Origin: Kiritimatiellaceae bacterium
Lineage (GTDB): Bacteria; Verrucomicrobiota; Kiritimatiellia; Kiritimatiellales; Pontiellaceae
DNA length: 37,218 nucleotides
Direction: 5' to 3'
NCBI GenBank assembly: GCA_002691095.1
Contig: NZGU01000028.1
Location: 15,069 to 52,286, forward strand
Part shown: piece after piece, positions 10,341 through 19,901 of the stretch
Position numbering within the stretch: the stretch's first letter is position 1
Layout of the letters: every line of letters begins with the position of its first letter
Made by a program: the position numbers and the translations under genes
Notes under the pieces: generated by a model
What the model was told of the DNA's origin: nothing
The model's database searches: none
The model's input: only the letters and a program-made list of their open reading frames with translations

Positions 10341-11633
10341 TTAACGACCAGAACCAACCATAATTTTTTCTAATAAAGCAACCGTCTTAGCCGTTGCCCC
10401 TTTACCAGCATGATACACCTTTTCGGCTGCCCGACTGAGGCGCTGCCGTCGATCATCATTGGAAAGCAAAGCATCGATACATTGAACCAACTCTAATTCA
10501 TTCTCTATCACTACACGAGCATCCGCCTGATCTAGCAGCTCCGATTCAACCTTAAAATTCTGCATCTGTCTTCCCGTAACCAATGCGCAGCCATACGCCG
10601 CCGGTTCAATGGGATTCTGCCCGCCCTTCTCGCACAAGCTTTTGCCAACAAAAACAATATCTGCATCCGCATATAATCCAGAGAGCTCGCCTGTTGAATC
10701 TAACAGCAGAACCGAACCTCCCTCCGCTGGCTGATTCGATGTTCTCCGACACACCTTTAAACCGAGCTCCAGATAGGCACGCTCAACATCATCCACTCGT
10801 TCCACATGCCGAGGGGCAATCACCAGCATAAGGTTGGGATGCTTATCTATCAGTTGCTGATAAAGCCGCCCTAACACAACCTCTTCCCCTGGCCATGTCG
10901 AGGAACCTAACAAAACAACAATATCATTCGTTTTCTTCACCTTAAACAGATGCTCAACCCCGCGGGGGTCCTGAATCACATCAAAATCATATTTGATATT
11001 TCCGCTACAATGTATGGCAGCAGCAGGTGCGCCTAATTCTCTAATGCGTTCCCCATCAACTTCGTGTTGCATACTGCACACATCCAGACACCCAAAAACC
11101 TTCGCCACAAGCTTCTTCCACCTTGTGTATCGACCATAGGACCGGTCAGACACTCTTCCATTTACCAGCGCAATAGGAATGTCTCTACGACTTAACTCCC
11201 AAATCAAGTTTGGCCAGCACTCCCCTTCCACCAGAATAATTTGCTGCGGATTGATCTGATCAATAACGCGTCGAATGACCGGTATAAAATCTAACGGGAA
11301 ATAGAAAACTTCATCTCTATCATCACGCTTCTGTTGTGCGATTCGGTATCCAGTAGACGTGGAAGTCGTAATCACAAAATGTGCCTCTTGATTCTTTTTT
11401 CGGATGGCTTGCACAAGTGTCTGCGCAACAAACATCTCACCGACACTCACCGCATGAATCCAGATGCTATGGCGATGTTTTAATTTGTCAACAATCGCCG
11501 GAGAATAGAAACCCAATCGCTGCAAGGTGCTGCCTTCATACCCACCCCTTCGACGCATTCGCTTCATAAAAGAAGGCAAAAGAGCCAGAAAAAATAGTGG
11601 TGCCATCAAATTATAGATCAATCTGACGATCAT
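10341..11633 (-). CDS. waaA: 3-deoxy-D-manno-octulosonic acid (Kdo) transferase
   Basis: IWIHAVSVGE, YFPLDF, ECWPNL, NGRVSDRSY, GNIKYD, IAPRHVER, GGQNPIEPA. Confidence 0.95.
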   Translation of the reverse strand: MIVRLIYNLMAPLFFLALLPSFMKRMRRRGGYEGSTLQRLGFYSPAIVDKLKHRHSIWIHAVSVGEMFVAQTLVQAIRKKNQEAHFVITTSTSTGYRIAQQKRDDRDEVFYFPLDFIPVIRRVIDQINPQQIILVEGECWPNLIWELSRRDIPIALVNGRVSDRSYGRYTRWKKLVAKVFGCLDVCSMQHEVDGERIRELGAPAAAIHCSGNIKYDFDVIQDPRGVEHLFKVKKTNDIVVLLGSSTWPGEEVVLGRLYQQLIDKHPNLMLVIAPRHVERVDDVERAYLELGLKVCRRTSNQPAEGGSVLLLDSTGELSGLYADADIVFVGKSLCEKGGQNPIEPAAYGCALVTGRQMQNFKVESELLDQADARVVIENELELVQCIDALLSNDDRRQRLSRAAEKVYHAGKGATAKTVALLEKIMVGSGR

Positions 11634-11660
11634 CCGACCTCATTCCTATTTGCCACACCA

Positions 11661-12881
11661 CTAGAATCTAAGCGCCGCATCACGAAGCCGCTCTTCCATC
11701 AACCCTAACACACGATCATCGTCTGCATCATTCTTTGATTCAAAAACAGCACCAAATCGCAAGTATGCACCCGTATTATCCCACGGAACCGTCGATATAC
11801 CTGCCGTCTCGATCAAATAGAGTGCCGCATCCTCTGCCGAATCAAATGTAACCTCACCCGCCCCAACAGGCGCTTTGACATATAAATAAAACGTACCCCC
11901 CGGCATAGAAGCATCAAAACCACAACGTTTCAAAATTTCCACCATCTTCTTTAGCCGCACCTCATAATGCGTACAAATGGACTGGGCAACATCCTTATCA
12001 GCAACCACCGCCGCCGATGCCTCCTGAATCGCCTTAAACTGACCGCTGTCACAGTTGTCTTTAATGTGCGCCAAAGCATCAACAGCCCAATCAGCACCAC
12101 AGAAAAAACCTAATCTCCAACCCGTCATGTTGAATGCTTTTGACATGGAGTGCAATTCAAGCGCGCAGTCCATAGCACCCGGCCTCTGAAGAATAGAACG
12201 GTAGGAACCCTCATAGACCAACGTTGCATAGGGAGCATCCTGAACGATCAAAATATTGTATTTCTGTACAAAAGCAATCAGCTCATCATAGAAGGCATCC
12301 GTAGCAACGGCTCCCGTAGGATTGTTCGGATAGTTAATATAGAACAACTTGCACCGACTTGCATCATCAGGATCAATGGCATCCAGATCAGGCAGGAAAC
12401 CGTTCTCTTCCAATAGCGGTAAATCCAGCACATCGCCTCCCAAATAGCGCGTATGCGTCGCCATAACCGGATATCCCGGAACCGTCTGAAAAACAAGATC
12501 ACCTGGGTTAATGAATGCAAGCGGCAACATTGAGAGGGCTGATTTAATACCCAAACTGTGATTAATCTGACGGGCAGGATCCACCTCAACCCCGAAAAAA
12601 TTCTGCATATAGGCTGAAGCAGCTTCCGCAAAAAGAGCCGTTCCATTGTCTGCATATCCCCGGTTATCCATTCGGTCGATAGCGCTCCTCATCGCCTCAC
12701 GAACCGGAGCCGGTGAAAGCTGATCTGGCTCACCTACGCCAAAATCGAGGATTTCCAGCTCAGGATGCAGTTCCCGCGCCCGCTGTTTGGCGCGTTTAAT
12801 TTTCTCAAACTTATAAATTGCTGTCGATTTTCCATACTCAGCCCCGCCAATTCGGTCTGCAAATAACGCTTCTTTTTTCAT
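11661..12881 (-). CDS. dapL: LL-diaminopimelate aminotransferase
   Basis: FADRIGG...IYKFEKIKRAK N-terminus, NYPNNPTGA, PLP-lysine motif HSMSKAFNMTGWRLG, KDNCDSGQF. Confidence 0.88.
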   Translation of the reverse strand: MKKEALFADRIGGAEYGKSTAIYKFEKIKRAKQRARELHPELEILDFGVGEPDQLSPAPVREAMRSAIDRMDNRGYADNGTALFAEAASAYMQNFFGVEVDPARQINHSLGIKSALSMLPLAFINPGDLVFQTVPGYPVMATHTRYLGGDVLDLPLLEENGFLPDLDAIDPDDASRCKLFYINYPNNPTGAVATDAFYDELIAFVQKYNILIVQDAPYATLVYEGSYRSILQRPGAMDCALELHSMSKAFNMTGWRLGFFCGADWAVDALAHIKDNCDSGQFKAIQEASAAVVADKDVAQSICTHYEVRLKKMVEILKRCGFDASMPGGTFYLYVKAPVGAGEVTFDSAEDAALYLIETAGISTVPWDNTGAYLRFGAVFESKNDADDDRVLGLMEERLRDAALRF

Positions 12882-12898
12882 TATAAAAATCCTCTTTC

Positions 12899-13246
12899 TC
12901 AGTTTGCTGACAAAAGTTTTTTGACCAACTTATCTAAACTATCCTCATTCATATCTGACAATCCAATCGAACGAGATGTATTCACGACCACACCATTCGC
13001 CACCGACGTAAATTCTCGAATCAAACCCAACACCAGCGTCTCTCGGTATAAGTTTACCGCCACATAAAGGCGGCTCAACATCTCAAGATCATTCACTTGG
13101 CTTCGATTCGAAAAAACTAATTGAAGGTTTCGCGCATAATCACCATGTATACACATCGACTGGCAGTCCTTATCTAGCGAAAAGCCATTTTTTTTCAAAA
13201 CCTTAATTATAAATGTTTTTGTAAACACAACGTAACCTTCAAACAA
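12899..13246 (-). CDS. Hypothetical protein, start uncertain
   Basis: AT-rich 115-codon ORF with a TTG start, filling the gap between the co-oriented AKR and dapL genes. No recognisable motif. Confidence 0.5.
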   Translation of the reverse strand: MFEGYVVFTKTFIIKVLKKNGFSLDKDCQSMCIHGDYARNLQLVFSNRSQVNDLEMLSRLYVAVNLYRETLVLGLIREFTSVANGVVVNTSRSIGLSDMNEDSLDKLVKKLLSAN

Positions 13247-13273
13247 ATCAGCATATTTCTTTATCGTAGAAGA

Positions 13274-14470
13274 TCAATCCTCTTTCTCACTCAAACGAGT
13301 TTGCTTACCCTCATCTACATACCGTTCATGGGCCCGCTCTAACACCGCCGGGATTTCAGATGCCAACGGATGCCCCTCTATTTTATCCCAATCAATTTGC
13401 GTCGAGGGTTTCGCTTGCTCACCCGGAAACCAATGCTTTGAGTTTCCCAATAGATTATAGCGCATCTTTGCCCACTCCAACAGATCAAGCCCCTGTTCAA
13501 AGGTCCAAAGCCGGAGAATTTCTTCTATATTCACTCCACATTCCATCTGCGTATGATGCGGTAAATTTTTAAACCAGTTATCCATCCACTTTTCACCCAT
13601 CCGCTGCTTCATCTCCTCTCGCAGTGCATGAGTAACGCGATCCACCTGCGCAAGACTGAATGCCCCGCAAACCGCCTCCACATGCTCTTTAAAATCTGCC
13701 GGCTTACTGGCACCCAAACTCAGGGTATGCACCTCCTCGTGCTGCAAACAGAAACAGTCATGCCACTGCATAGGCGTCATCGGTGCGCAATGTTTTTGCA
13801 AGACCGCTGACGGGTTATACAACATCCCTCCCTTATCATTAGGGCTGATGATAAAAATCCCCATATCGGCTTCCCTCGAAGCTTCCACCATTCGCCAATG
13901 CAACGGATCATAAACAAAATACCAATGCAAATTCACATAATCGAACTCCCCCGATGCCGCCACAGGAATCGCCGTTTCCGGCCCCCCATGCGTCGAATAG
14001 CCAACAAACCGCACACGCCCCTCCCGCTGCAACGCTCGCACCTCATCCATCGGACCGCCCCGCTTTAGACACGCCTCGAGATGCTGAGGATGGTTGATTC
14101 CATGAATAGAGAGAAAATCAACATATTCGAGGTTGAGATACGCCATGCTCTGCTCAAAAATTTCGCGCAGCGAGCGTCCATCATCACCAAACGGATGAAT
14201 TTTTGTTTGAACCAACAAAGAACTCCGTTCGATCTTCGGCAACACCCAGCCCAGCTGCATCTCCGATGTGCCATATCCGCGTGCCGTCTCAATATGATTG
14301 ATGCCATGATCTAGCGCCGCATAAATGGTCGCTTCAAGGTTTTCTTGGCCCGCGGCATCAATCTCACCCGGCTCCATATCGTTCCAGCCCTGTTGATAGC
14401 GCATGCCCCCACAACTCAACACCGGAATCTCAACCTCTGTTCGCCCAAACCTTCGTGTCGGAACCCTCAT
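13274..14470 (-). CDS. Aldo/keto reductase family oxidoreductase
   Basis: RRFGRTE...SCGGMRYQ, GINHIETARGYGTSE, VQTK, GYSTHG, DYVNLHWY, ISPNDKGG. Confidence 0.9.
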   Translation of the reverse strand: MRVPTRRFGRTEVEIPVLSCGGMRYQQGWNDMEPGEIDAAGQENLEATIYAALDHGINHIETARGYGTSEMQLGWVLPKIERSSLLVQTKIHPFGDDGRSLREIFEQSMAYLNLEYVDFLSIHGINHPQHLEACLKRGGPMDEVRALQREGRVRFVGYSTHGGPETAIPVAASGEFDYVNLHWYFVYDPLHWRMVEASREADMGIFIISPNDKGGMLYNPSAVLQKHCAPMTPMQWHDCFCLQHEEVHTLSLGASKPADFKEHVEAVCGAFSLAQVDRVTHALREEMKQRMGEKWMDNWFKNLPHHTQMECGVNIEEILRLWTFEQGLDLLEWAKMRYNLLGNSKHWFPGEQAKPSTQIDWDKIEGHPLASEIPAVLERAHERYVDEGKQTRLSEKED

Positions 14471-14471
14471 C

Positions 14472-15947
14472 TTACTTACTCCTATTAAGCTCCGCCCGAA
14501 TCAGCTCAGCCATCTGCCTACCAATTCCTGAAACCTCCATCAACGACGCTATGCTGGCACGCCGCATACGTAGAATCGAACCAAAATGTTTCAATAAAAT
14601 CTTTTTCCGCTCCGCACCAATCCCCGGAATTTCATCTAACTGAGACTCCATAATGCGTTGGCTCCGCAAACTCCGATGAAACGTGATCGCAAATCGATGC
14701 GCCTCATCGCGCAAGCGAGTTACCACCTGCAACGCCGCAGAATGCTTCGGCAATTGTAAATTACCGCTATTTTTCTCAACATCCCAAACTATCTCCTCAT
14801 AGCGCTTCGCCAAGCCCACAATCGGCAGATCCGCCAGTCCTAAGTCCAGCAATTCAGCATGCGCCGCCCGCAATTGCGTAATACCGCCATCCACCATAAT
14901 CAGATCCGGAAACACTCCCTGTTCGCGCTTCAAACGGCCATATCGGCGACGCACCACTTCCGCCATCGATCGCGGATCGTCCGCCCCCTCTACCGTCTTA
15001 ATCTGAAACCGTCGATATCGTTTCGGAGCAGGAATACCAGCCACCGCTGCCACCATACTAGCCACCGAACTCGTACCGGAAAGATTCGAAATATCGAAGC
15101 ACTCGATAACCGTGGGTACCTGCTGCAACTGTAGCAACGACTGCAACTCCCGCAATCCCGTCTCCGCATCCTCCTGCATCATACGAGGCGTTCTCTTCAC
15201 ATTCGCCTTCGCCTTCACCGTTTGTTGCAAATCAAGGAGCAAATCTCGATAAGCCGCAGCCTTCTCAAACGACTGCTCATCCGAAAGACGCTGCATCTCC
15301 GCCCGCAGCGGCTTCAGCAAATCCATTCGCTCCCCCCTCAAAAAGGCAATCGCTTCCTCCACCCGCTCTCGATATGCCTCCAAAGAGATAGACCCCACAC
15401 ACGGCGCCGAACAATTTGCGATTAAATCATCACTGCAATGCCGATAGTGCTCCGCATTCGGCTCACGGGTCCGACACCGCTTCAATCCATAAAAACGCTG
15501 CAAAAAATCGACCGCCACCGCCGCCGCCCGCCCATTAATAAACGGCCCGAAATAGTGCGACCCATCCTGCTTTCGAACCCGACAAACCGACACCATCGGG
15601 TAGGGATTCTGCACATCCATCCGAATCATTAAAAATCGTTTATCGTCCTTCCACAACACATTATAATGCGGACGATACTCCTTGATCAGCTTCCCCTCTG
15701 TCAGAATCGCTTCCGCATCACTCTTCAACTCAATCACGTTAAAATCATGAATAGAACGAATCAAACTCCGTGTCTTAGCGGTTCCCGTTCTCAAGGTATG
15801 CGGACGAAAATAACTCTGCACTCGTTTACGCAACGACTTAGCCTTACCAATGTAAATAATCTTTCCATCCGTATCGCGCATCAAATAGCAACCCGGGCCA
15901 TCCGGCAGCTCTCTTAATTTTTTTTTAATCTCCGCCGACCACTGCAT
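14472..15947 (-). CDS. uvrC: Excinuclease ABC subunit C
   Basis: GIY-YIG (PGCYLM...IYIGKAKSLRKRVQSYF), Cys cluster, UVR motif (FEKAAAYRD), ECFDISN, VDGG, RDEAHRFA, HhH tail. Confidence 0.95.
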   Translation of the reverse strand: MQWSAEIKKKLRELPDGPGCYLMRDTDGKIIYIGKAKSLRKRVQSYFRPHTLRTGTAKTRSLIRSIHDFNVIELKSDAEAILTEGKLIKEYRPHYNVLWKDDKRFLMIRMDVQNPYPMVSVCRVRKQDGSHYFGPFINGRAAAVAVDFLQRFYGLKRCRTREPNAEHYRHCSDDLIANCSAPCVGSISLEAYRERVEEAIAFLRGERMDLLKPLRAEMQRLSDEQSFEKAAAYRDLLLDLQQTVKAKANVKRTPRMMQEDAETGLRELQSLLQLQQVPTVIECFDISNLSGTSSVASMVAAVAGIPAPKRYRRFQIKTVEGADDPRSMAEVVRRRYGRLKREQGVFPDLIMVDGGITQLRAAHAELLDLGLADLPIVGLAKRYEEIVWDVEKNSGNLQLPKHSAALQVVTRLRDEAHRFAITFHRSLRSQRIMESQLDEIPGIGAERKKILLKHFGSILRMRRASIASLMEVSGIGRQMAELIRAELNRSK

Positions 15948-15953
15948 ATGCTA

Positions 15954-15981
15954 AATATATCCACTCACTTCTATTTGACAA
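15954..15981 (-). promoter_or_regulatory. Putative leaderless sigma70 promoter of uvrC
   Basis: Minus strand reads TTGTCA-N16-TATATT-N6-ATG, with no SD-like sequence within the usual 5-10 nt spacing. Confidence 0.5.
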
Positions 15982-16035
15982 CCCACATTCAGCCCCCTCA
16001 AATGTACATAGGAGGCAAACTAAGCAACTCATCAC

Positions 16036-17025
16036 ATGCAGGCACTACTATCAATCTTAACAAACATCTGGAACCTTTCACAGGAAATGGCTCCCTACCT
16101 CCTCTTCGGCTTTATCGCCGCCGGCTCTCTCTCCCAAATTTTCTCGCGCACCTTTGTGAAACGACACCTTGGACAACAAACAAAATACGACGCCATCAAA
16201 GCCGCCCTCTTCGGCGTCCCGATGCCCATCTGCTCCTGCGGTGTACTCCCCCTCGCCGCCTCCCTTCGACGGCAGGGAGCCAGCTCCTCCGCCACCGCCT
16301 CCTTTCTCGCTTCCACGCCCCAGACCGGTGTTGACTCACTACTCGTAACCTATGCACTCCTGGGCTGGGTTTTTGCCCTCTTTCGCGCCCTCGCCGCCTT
16401 CATCTCCGGTATTTTCTGCGGTTGGAGCGTACAATCCATCACCCCTCCGCACATCGAACAGGAATCCAGCGAATCAACCCGCTCAACCCGCTCTCTCCGA
16501 CAACGATTGAAAGAAGCGCTAGAACACGGTTTCATCACCCTTCCCCGCGACATCGCTCGCCCTCTCATCATCGGACTAATCCTCTCCGGCATTCTCACCG
16601 AATGGATACCCCAAAACGGCTTCGAATCTCATCTCAATCAACCCCTCATCTCCATGTTCATCATGATCCTCATCGGCCTCCCCCTCTACATCTGCTCCTC
16701 CGCCTCCGTCCCACTTGCCTACACGTTCATCCAAGCCGGCATCACGCCCGGTGCCGCACTCGTATTTCTCATTCTCGGACCCGCCACTAACATGGCCACT
16801 CTCACCACCCTCGGGCAATTAATCGGAAAACGCGCTGCCATCATCTTTCTCATCGTCTTAACCGCCTGTGCCCTCTTCGCCGGTATTTTGATGAATACGA
16901 TCACCCCCCAGCTCGGCATCCTAGAGCACGTCTGCGACGCCCACGCAGACAAATCGATCCTGCATACCACCAGCGCCATCATCCTCTATCTGATTCTTCT
17001 CAACGGCATCCGCCTAAAAAAATAG
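16036..17025 (+). CDS. DUF318/ArsP-like (SO_0444-type) permease, putative metal transporter
   Basis: Two-repeat hydrophobic protein with PMPICSCGVLPLA, STPQTGVDS, PLYICSSASVP and GAALVFLILGPATN. Confidence 0.85.
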   Translation: MQALLSILTNIWNLSQEMAPYLLFGFIAAGSLSQIFSRTFVKRHLGQQTKYDAIKAALFGVPMPICSCGVLPLAASLRRQGASSSATASFLASTPQTGVDSLLVTYALLGWVFALFRALAAFISGIFCGWSVQSITPPHIEQESSESTRSTRSLRQRLKEALEHGFITLPRDIARPLIIGLILSGILTEWIPQNGFESHLNQPLISMFIMILIGLPLYICSSASVPLAYTFIQAGITPGAALVFLILGPATNMATLTTLGQLIGKRAAIIFLIVLTACALFAGILMNTITPQLGILEHVCDAHADKSILHTTSAIILYLILLNGIRLKK

Positions 17026-17026
17026 A

Positions 17027-17365
17027 GCAGACAGGGCGGTAAGCCGGATTCTGTTCCTATACAGGTCGGTCATTTATCTACGCGATCAACCCGAAACGCT
17101 ACCGAGGCGGGCCGCCTCAACGTCTCCTATTTGATCTTGCTCCGAACGGGGTTTACCCTGCCCCCTCGGTCTCCCTTGGGGCGGTGAGCTCTTACCTCAC
17201 CGTTTCACCCTTACTCCGGCAAGCCGAAGCGGTCTATTCTCTGTGGCACTTTCCATTTCGCGCGATATCGCACGCGAATTCCCGCGTTAACCACGGGACG
17301 TTCCGCCCTATGGAGTCCGGACTTTCCTCCCCGCCTAAGCGGAGCGACCGATACACCCTGTCTGC
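17027..17365 (-). ncRNA. rnpB: RNase P RNA, bacterial type A, apparently lacking P18
   Basis: Minus strand carries GAGGAAAGTCCGG, AGTGCCACAGAGAA, GGGTGAAACGG, GGTAAACCCC...GAGCAA and ACAGAATCCGGCTTA. Terminal P1 pairing is GCAGACAGGG/CCCTGTCTGC. Confidence 0.97.
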
Positions 17366-17372
17366 AAATTAT

Positions 17373-18089
17373 TCATCGTTGCGGCGCCGGATTATACACT
17401 AACCGACCGCAAAAGTTGCACCCCACTGTTTTTGTCGCGTTCCGAGCATCATTGATCACCTGCGGTGGCAGCTTCATATGACAGCCTCCACAATGCCCTC
17501 CCGACTCAACCAACACAATTGCTGCATCCTTCTTATTGTTCAAAATTCTCGAATATTTCTGCAACAATGCCTTATCGCAATTTTCCGCCACCCGTCTGCG
17601 GTCCGCCTTCATCTGCTCCGCACGTTCATTCAATGCCTGCAACCGCTCATCCAGCTCCTGAATCTCATCCGCAATCGAACCCTCCTCCGACGCCAACTGA
17701 GTCCGACAGCCCTCCTCAATCTCTTTCCCCTGCTCAAGCGCCTCCATCAAACTCAGTTGCTTATCTTCCGCTGACTTAATCTCAGCCTCCACCGCACCGA
17801 TCTCCTTCACAAACGCGCGATACTGTTCATTTGAGTCCGCCTCCATCTGCTGCTGCTTATATTTCGTTACCCGCTCGCGCAGCAACTCAATCTCATTCTC
17901 CAGATCCCGCAGCGAAGCCTCCGTGTGCTTCCGGCTTTCAAGCGCCATGTCGAGCTTGCTTTTCGCCCCGCTCAACTGCGCTTCAATATCCCCCCTCCGC
18001 TTTGGTATATCCTGAATTTCACGCAAAACACGGATCAACTTTAAATCCTTTTTCTGCAACGCAAACAACGGCTCGAGCGGATGAGACAC
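17373..18089 (-). CDS. Coiled-coil, C4-type zinc-ribbon domain protein (CT398/HP0958/DUF164-like)
   Basis: Long heptad region followed by CGGCHMKLPPQ...CNFCGRLVY. GTG 18089 lies 6 nt after AAGGAG. Position immediately upstream of rnpB is typical. Confidence 0.9.
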   Translation of the reverse strand: MSHPLEPLFALQKKDLKLIRVLREIQDIPKRRGDIEAQLSGAKSKLDMALESRKHTEASLRDLENEIELLRERVTKYKQQQMEADSNEQYRAFVKEIGAVEAEIKSAEDKQLSLMEALEQGKEIEEGCRTQLASEEGSIADEIQELDERLQALNERAEQMKADRRRVAENCDKALLQKYSRILNNKKDAAIVLVESGGHCGGCHMKLPPQVINDARNATKTVGCNFCGRLVYNPAPQR

Positions 18090-18128
18090 AGGCAACTCCT
18101 TTTTAGCAATTTGTAAAAAACAGCGGAT

Positions 18129-18157
18129 AACCTACTCGCTTGCTAGCCACAAGTCAA
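18129..18157 (-). promoter_or_regulatory. Putative sigma70 promoter for the zinc-ribbon gene and rnpB
   Basis: Minus strand reads TTGACT-N17-TAGGTT. Confidence 0.5.
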
Positions 18158-18174
18158 AAGGATGCCTCTCTTTT

Positions 18175-18750
18175 TTACCGACTTCCCGGATGCGTCAATT
18201 CAACTCCCGCCGCGCATAACGGACAATCCTTCGGATCGTATGTCACCGGATCAATATCCAACAGACTAATTAACGGCACCCCAAAATCAGCTCGACCCCC
18301 ACTTCGATTCACCAACAGACTCACCGCTTTCACCACTCCTCCATGCTCCGCCACGATATCCAACGTCTCCTGCACACGCCCCCCCCGCGTCACAACGTCC
18401 TCCGCCACCAGAAAACGCTCCCCTTGCTCAATCGAAAAACGACGCAACGCCAACCGCCCCTCCTCCTTCTCCACAAAAATAAAGCGCTTATCCATAAATC
18501 GAGCCACCTCATGCCCAATTGTAATGCCCCCCATCGCCGGTGCAACAACTGTATCCACCTCCAGCGCATCTACCGCCGCCTTCACCTTCTCCACCAACGC
18601 CTCGCACAACGAAGCTGAAATCCGCGGATGCTGCAACAGATGAGCACACTGGAAAAAATGCGGGCTATGCAATCCCGACCGCAACTCAAAATGACCCGTC
18701 AGCAATGCACCCGTCTGCTCAAATAATGCTAAAACTTCTTCCTGCTTCAT
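18175..18750 (-). CDS. pyrE: Orotate phosphoribosyltransferase
   Basis: ALLTGHFELRSGLHS, APAMGGI, PRPP motif LVAEDVVTRGG, C-terminal CPLC...PGSR. GGAGG RBS. Confidence 0.93.
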   Translation of the reverse strand: MKQEEVLALFEQTGALLTGHFELRSGLHSPHFFQCAHLLQHPRISASLCEALVEKVKAAVDALEVDTVVAPAMGGITIGHEVARFMDKRFIFVEKEEGRLALRRFSIEQGERFLVAEDVVTRGGRVQETLDIVAEHGGVVKAVSLLVNRSGGRADFGVPLISLLDIDPVTYDPKDCPLCAAGVELTHPGSR

Positions 18751-19013
18751 CCCGTATTCCCTCCGTAAAAAACAACAACCTATCCCACATCAGAAATCAG
18801 GTAAAGGCACTTATTAATCCTCCGCATAAAAGGACCCCATTTCTTATCGGCTAGCCTCCGAAGACAACACATTCAACCAAAGAATGGGCATACGTGAGAG
18901 TAGCGGTCTAACCGCTAATTTTATCTCTCAATCCCAACATCCTGCAGAAAGATCATAACTCTTTTTAAGGACAATCCCATTGAGACAGAGCCTCATTTAC
19001 GGTATAGCCTTCC

Positions 19014-19901
19014 ATGATGAGTGAAACACAAACGCAGCTTAAATCCGAAATCAAGCGCTGGCAGCAAAAGCTGTTTCGCCACTCGATACGCCGTAAAACA
19101 AAGCTCAACCGTATCCAGACCCTACTGGGCAATACCGCGCAGCTCAACTGCCTAGAAATCAGTGCCGGCGACGGCATCATTAGCCAATCCATCCGCCAAC
19201 ACGGTGGCAGTTGGAGCACGTTGGCCATCAACGAGCAAGCCGCTGACTCTCTCCAGCAGCAACTCCACATCACGATTCCCGCGTTCGACGGCACCAAACT
19301 ACTTTTTCCGGACGGTCACTTTGATCTGCTCATCATCGTCGACTCTCTCAAAAACGTAGCCGACGACTACGCCTTCATTCAGGAGTGCCACCGTATCATC
19401 AACACCACCGGCTGGGTACTCGTCTCTGAACGCCGACGCTCCTCCGCAAGTTTTGTCACCCTTATCCAGCACCTCTGTAACGTGGCACCCGACAATCTAG
19501 GCTGCGCCCGAAACGGTTACACCCGCGACCAAATATATCGCATCCTAAAAGACGGTTTTGATGTGCCCGAAACGATCTTCTACTCCAACGCCCTCCTCGA
19601 AACATTCGCTGCCTTTAATGACGCTATCCAGCGCTCGATTCTCAAAGCACCCGTCTGGCTCACCCCCAAAGAATCCGATCAAGAGATGCTCTATCACTAC
19701 CGCCGGCTCAGCAACCTAGCCCGTTTCAGCTATCCTCTTCTCTGGATCGCATCGCTCATCAATATTTTCCCAAAACATGAAATGCTCCTGCGCAGTCACC
19801 GCCGCAAATGGCGCCCCCGCCGACAACCCAAGCTAATCGACGGACGCTCTATTGCCGACGCCACCATCAACACCCGCATCGGCAGTGCCGCTCCGTTTTA
19901 A
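19014..19901 (+). CDS. Class I SAM-dependent methyltransferase-like protein
   Basis: Motif-I-like CLEISAGDG, LLFPDGHFDLLIIVDSL, ECHRIINTTGWVLV. Confidence 0.7.
   Translation: MMSETQTQLKSEIKRWQQKLFRHSIRRKTKLNRIQTLLGNTAQLNCLEISAGDGIISQSIRQHGGSWSTLAINEQAADSLQQQLHITIPAFDGTKLLFPDGHFDLLIIVDSLKNVADDYAFIQECHRIINTTGWVLVSERRRSSASFVTLIQHLCNVAPDNLGCARNGYTRDQIYRILKDGFDVPETIFYSNALLETFAAFNDAIQRSILKAPVWLTPKESDQEMLYHYRRLSNLARFSYPLLWIASLINIFPKHEMLLRSHRRKWRPRRQPKLIDGRSIADATINTRIGSAAPF

Noticed and set aside
17184-17402. 72-aa plus-strand ORF
   Set aside because: It lies antisense to the RNase P RNA and is spurious.
18906-18912. GTCTAAC/GTTAGAC as an integron attC core site
   Set aside because: No partner core site at a suitable distance on either strand, no cassette array and no integrase.
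19808-19900. N-terminal extensions in the ORF track for rnc (likewise tpiA 27328-27432, the OppB-like permease 24309-24359 and exosortase 35912-35962)
   Set aside because: Downstream ATGs have an RBS or stop-start coupling and match the family N-termini.
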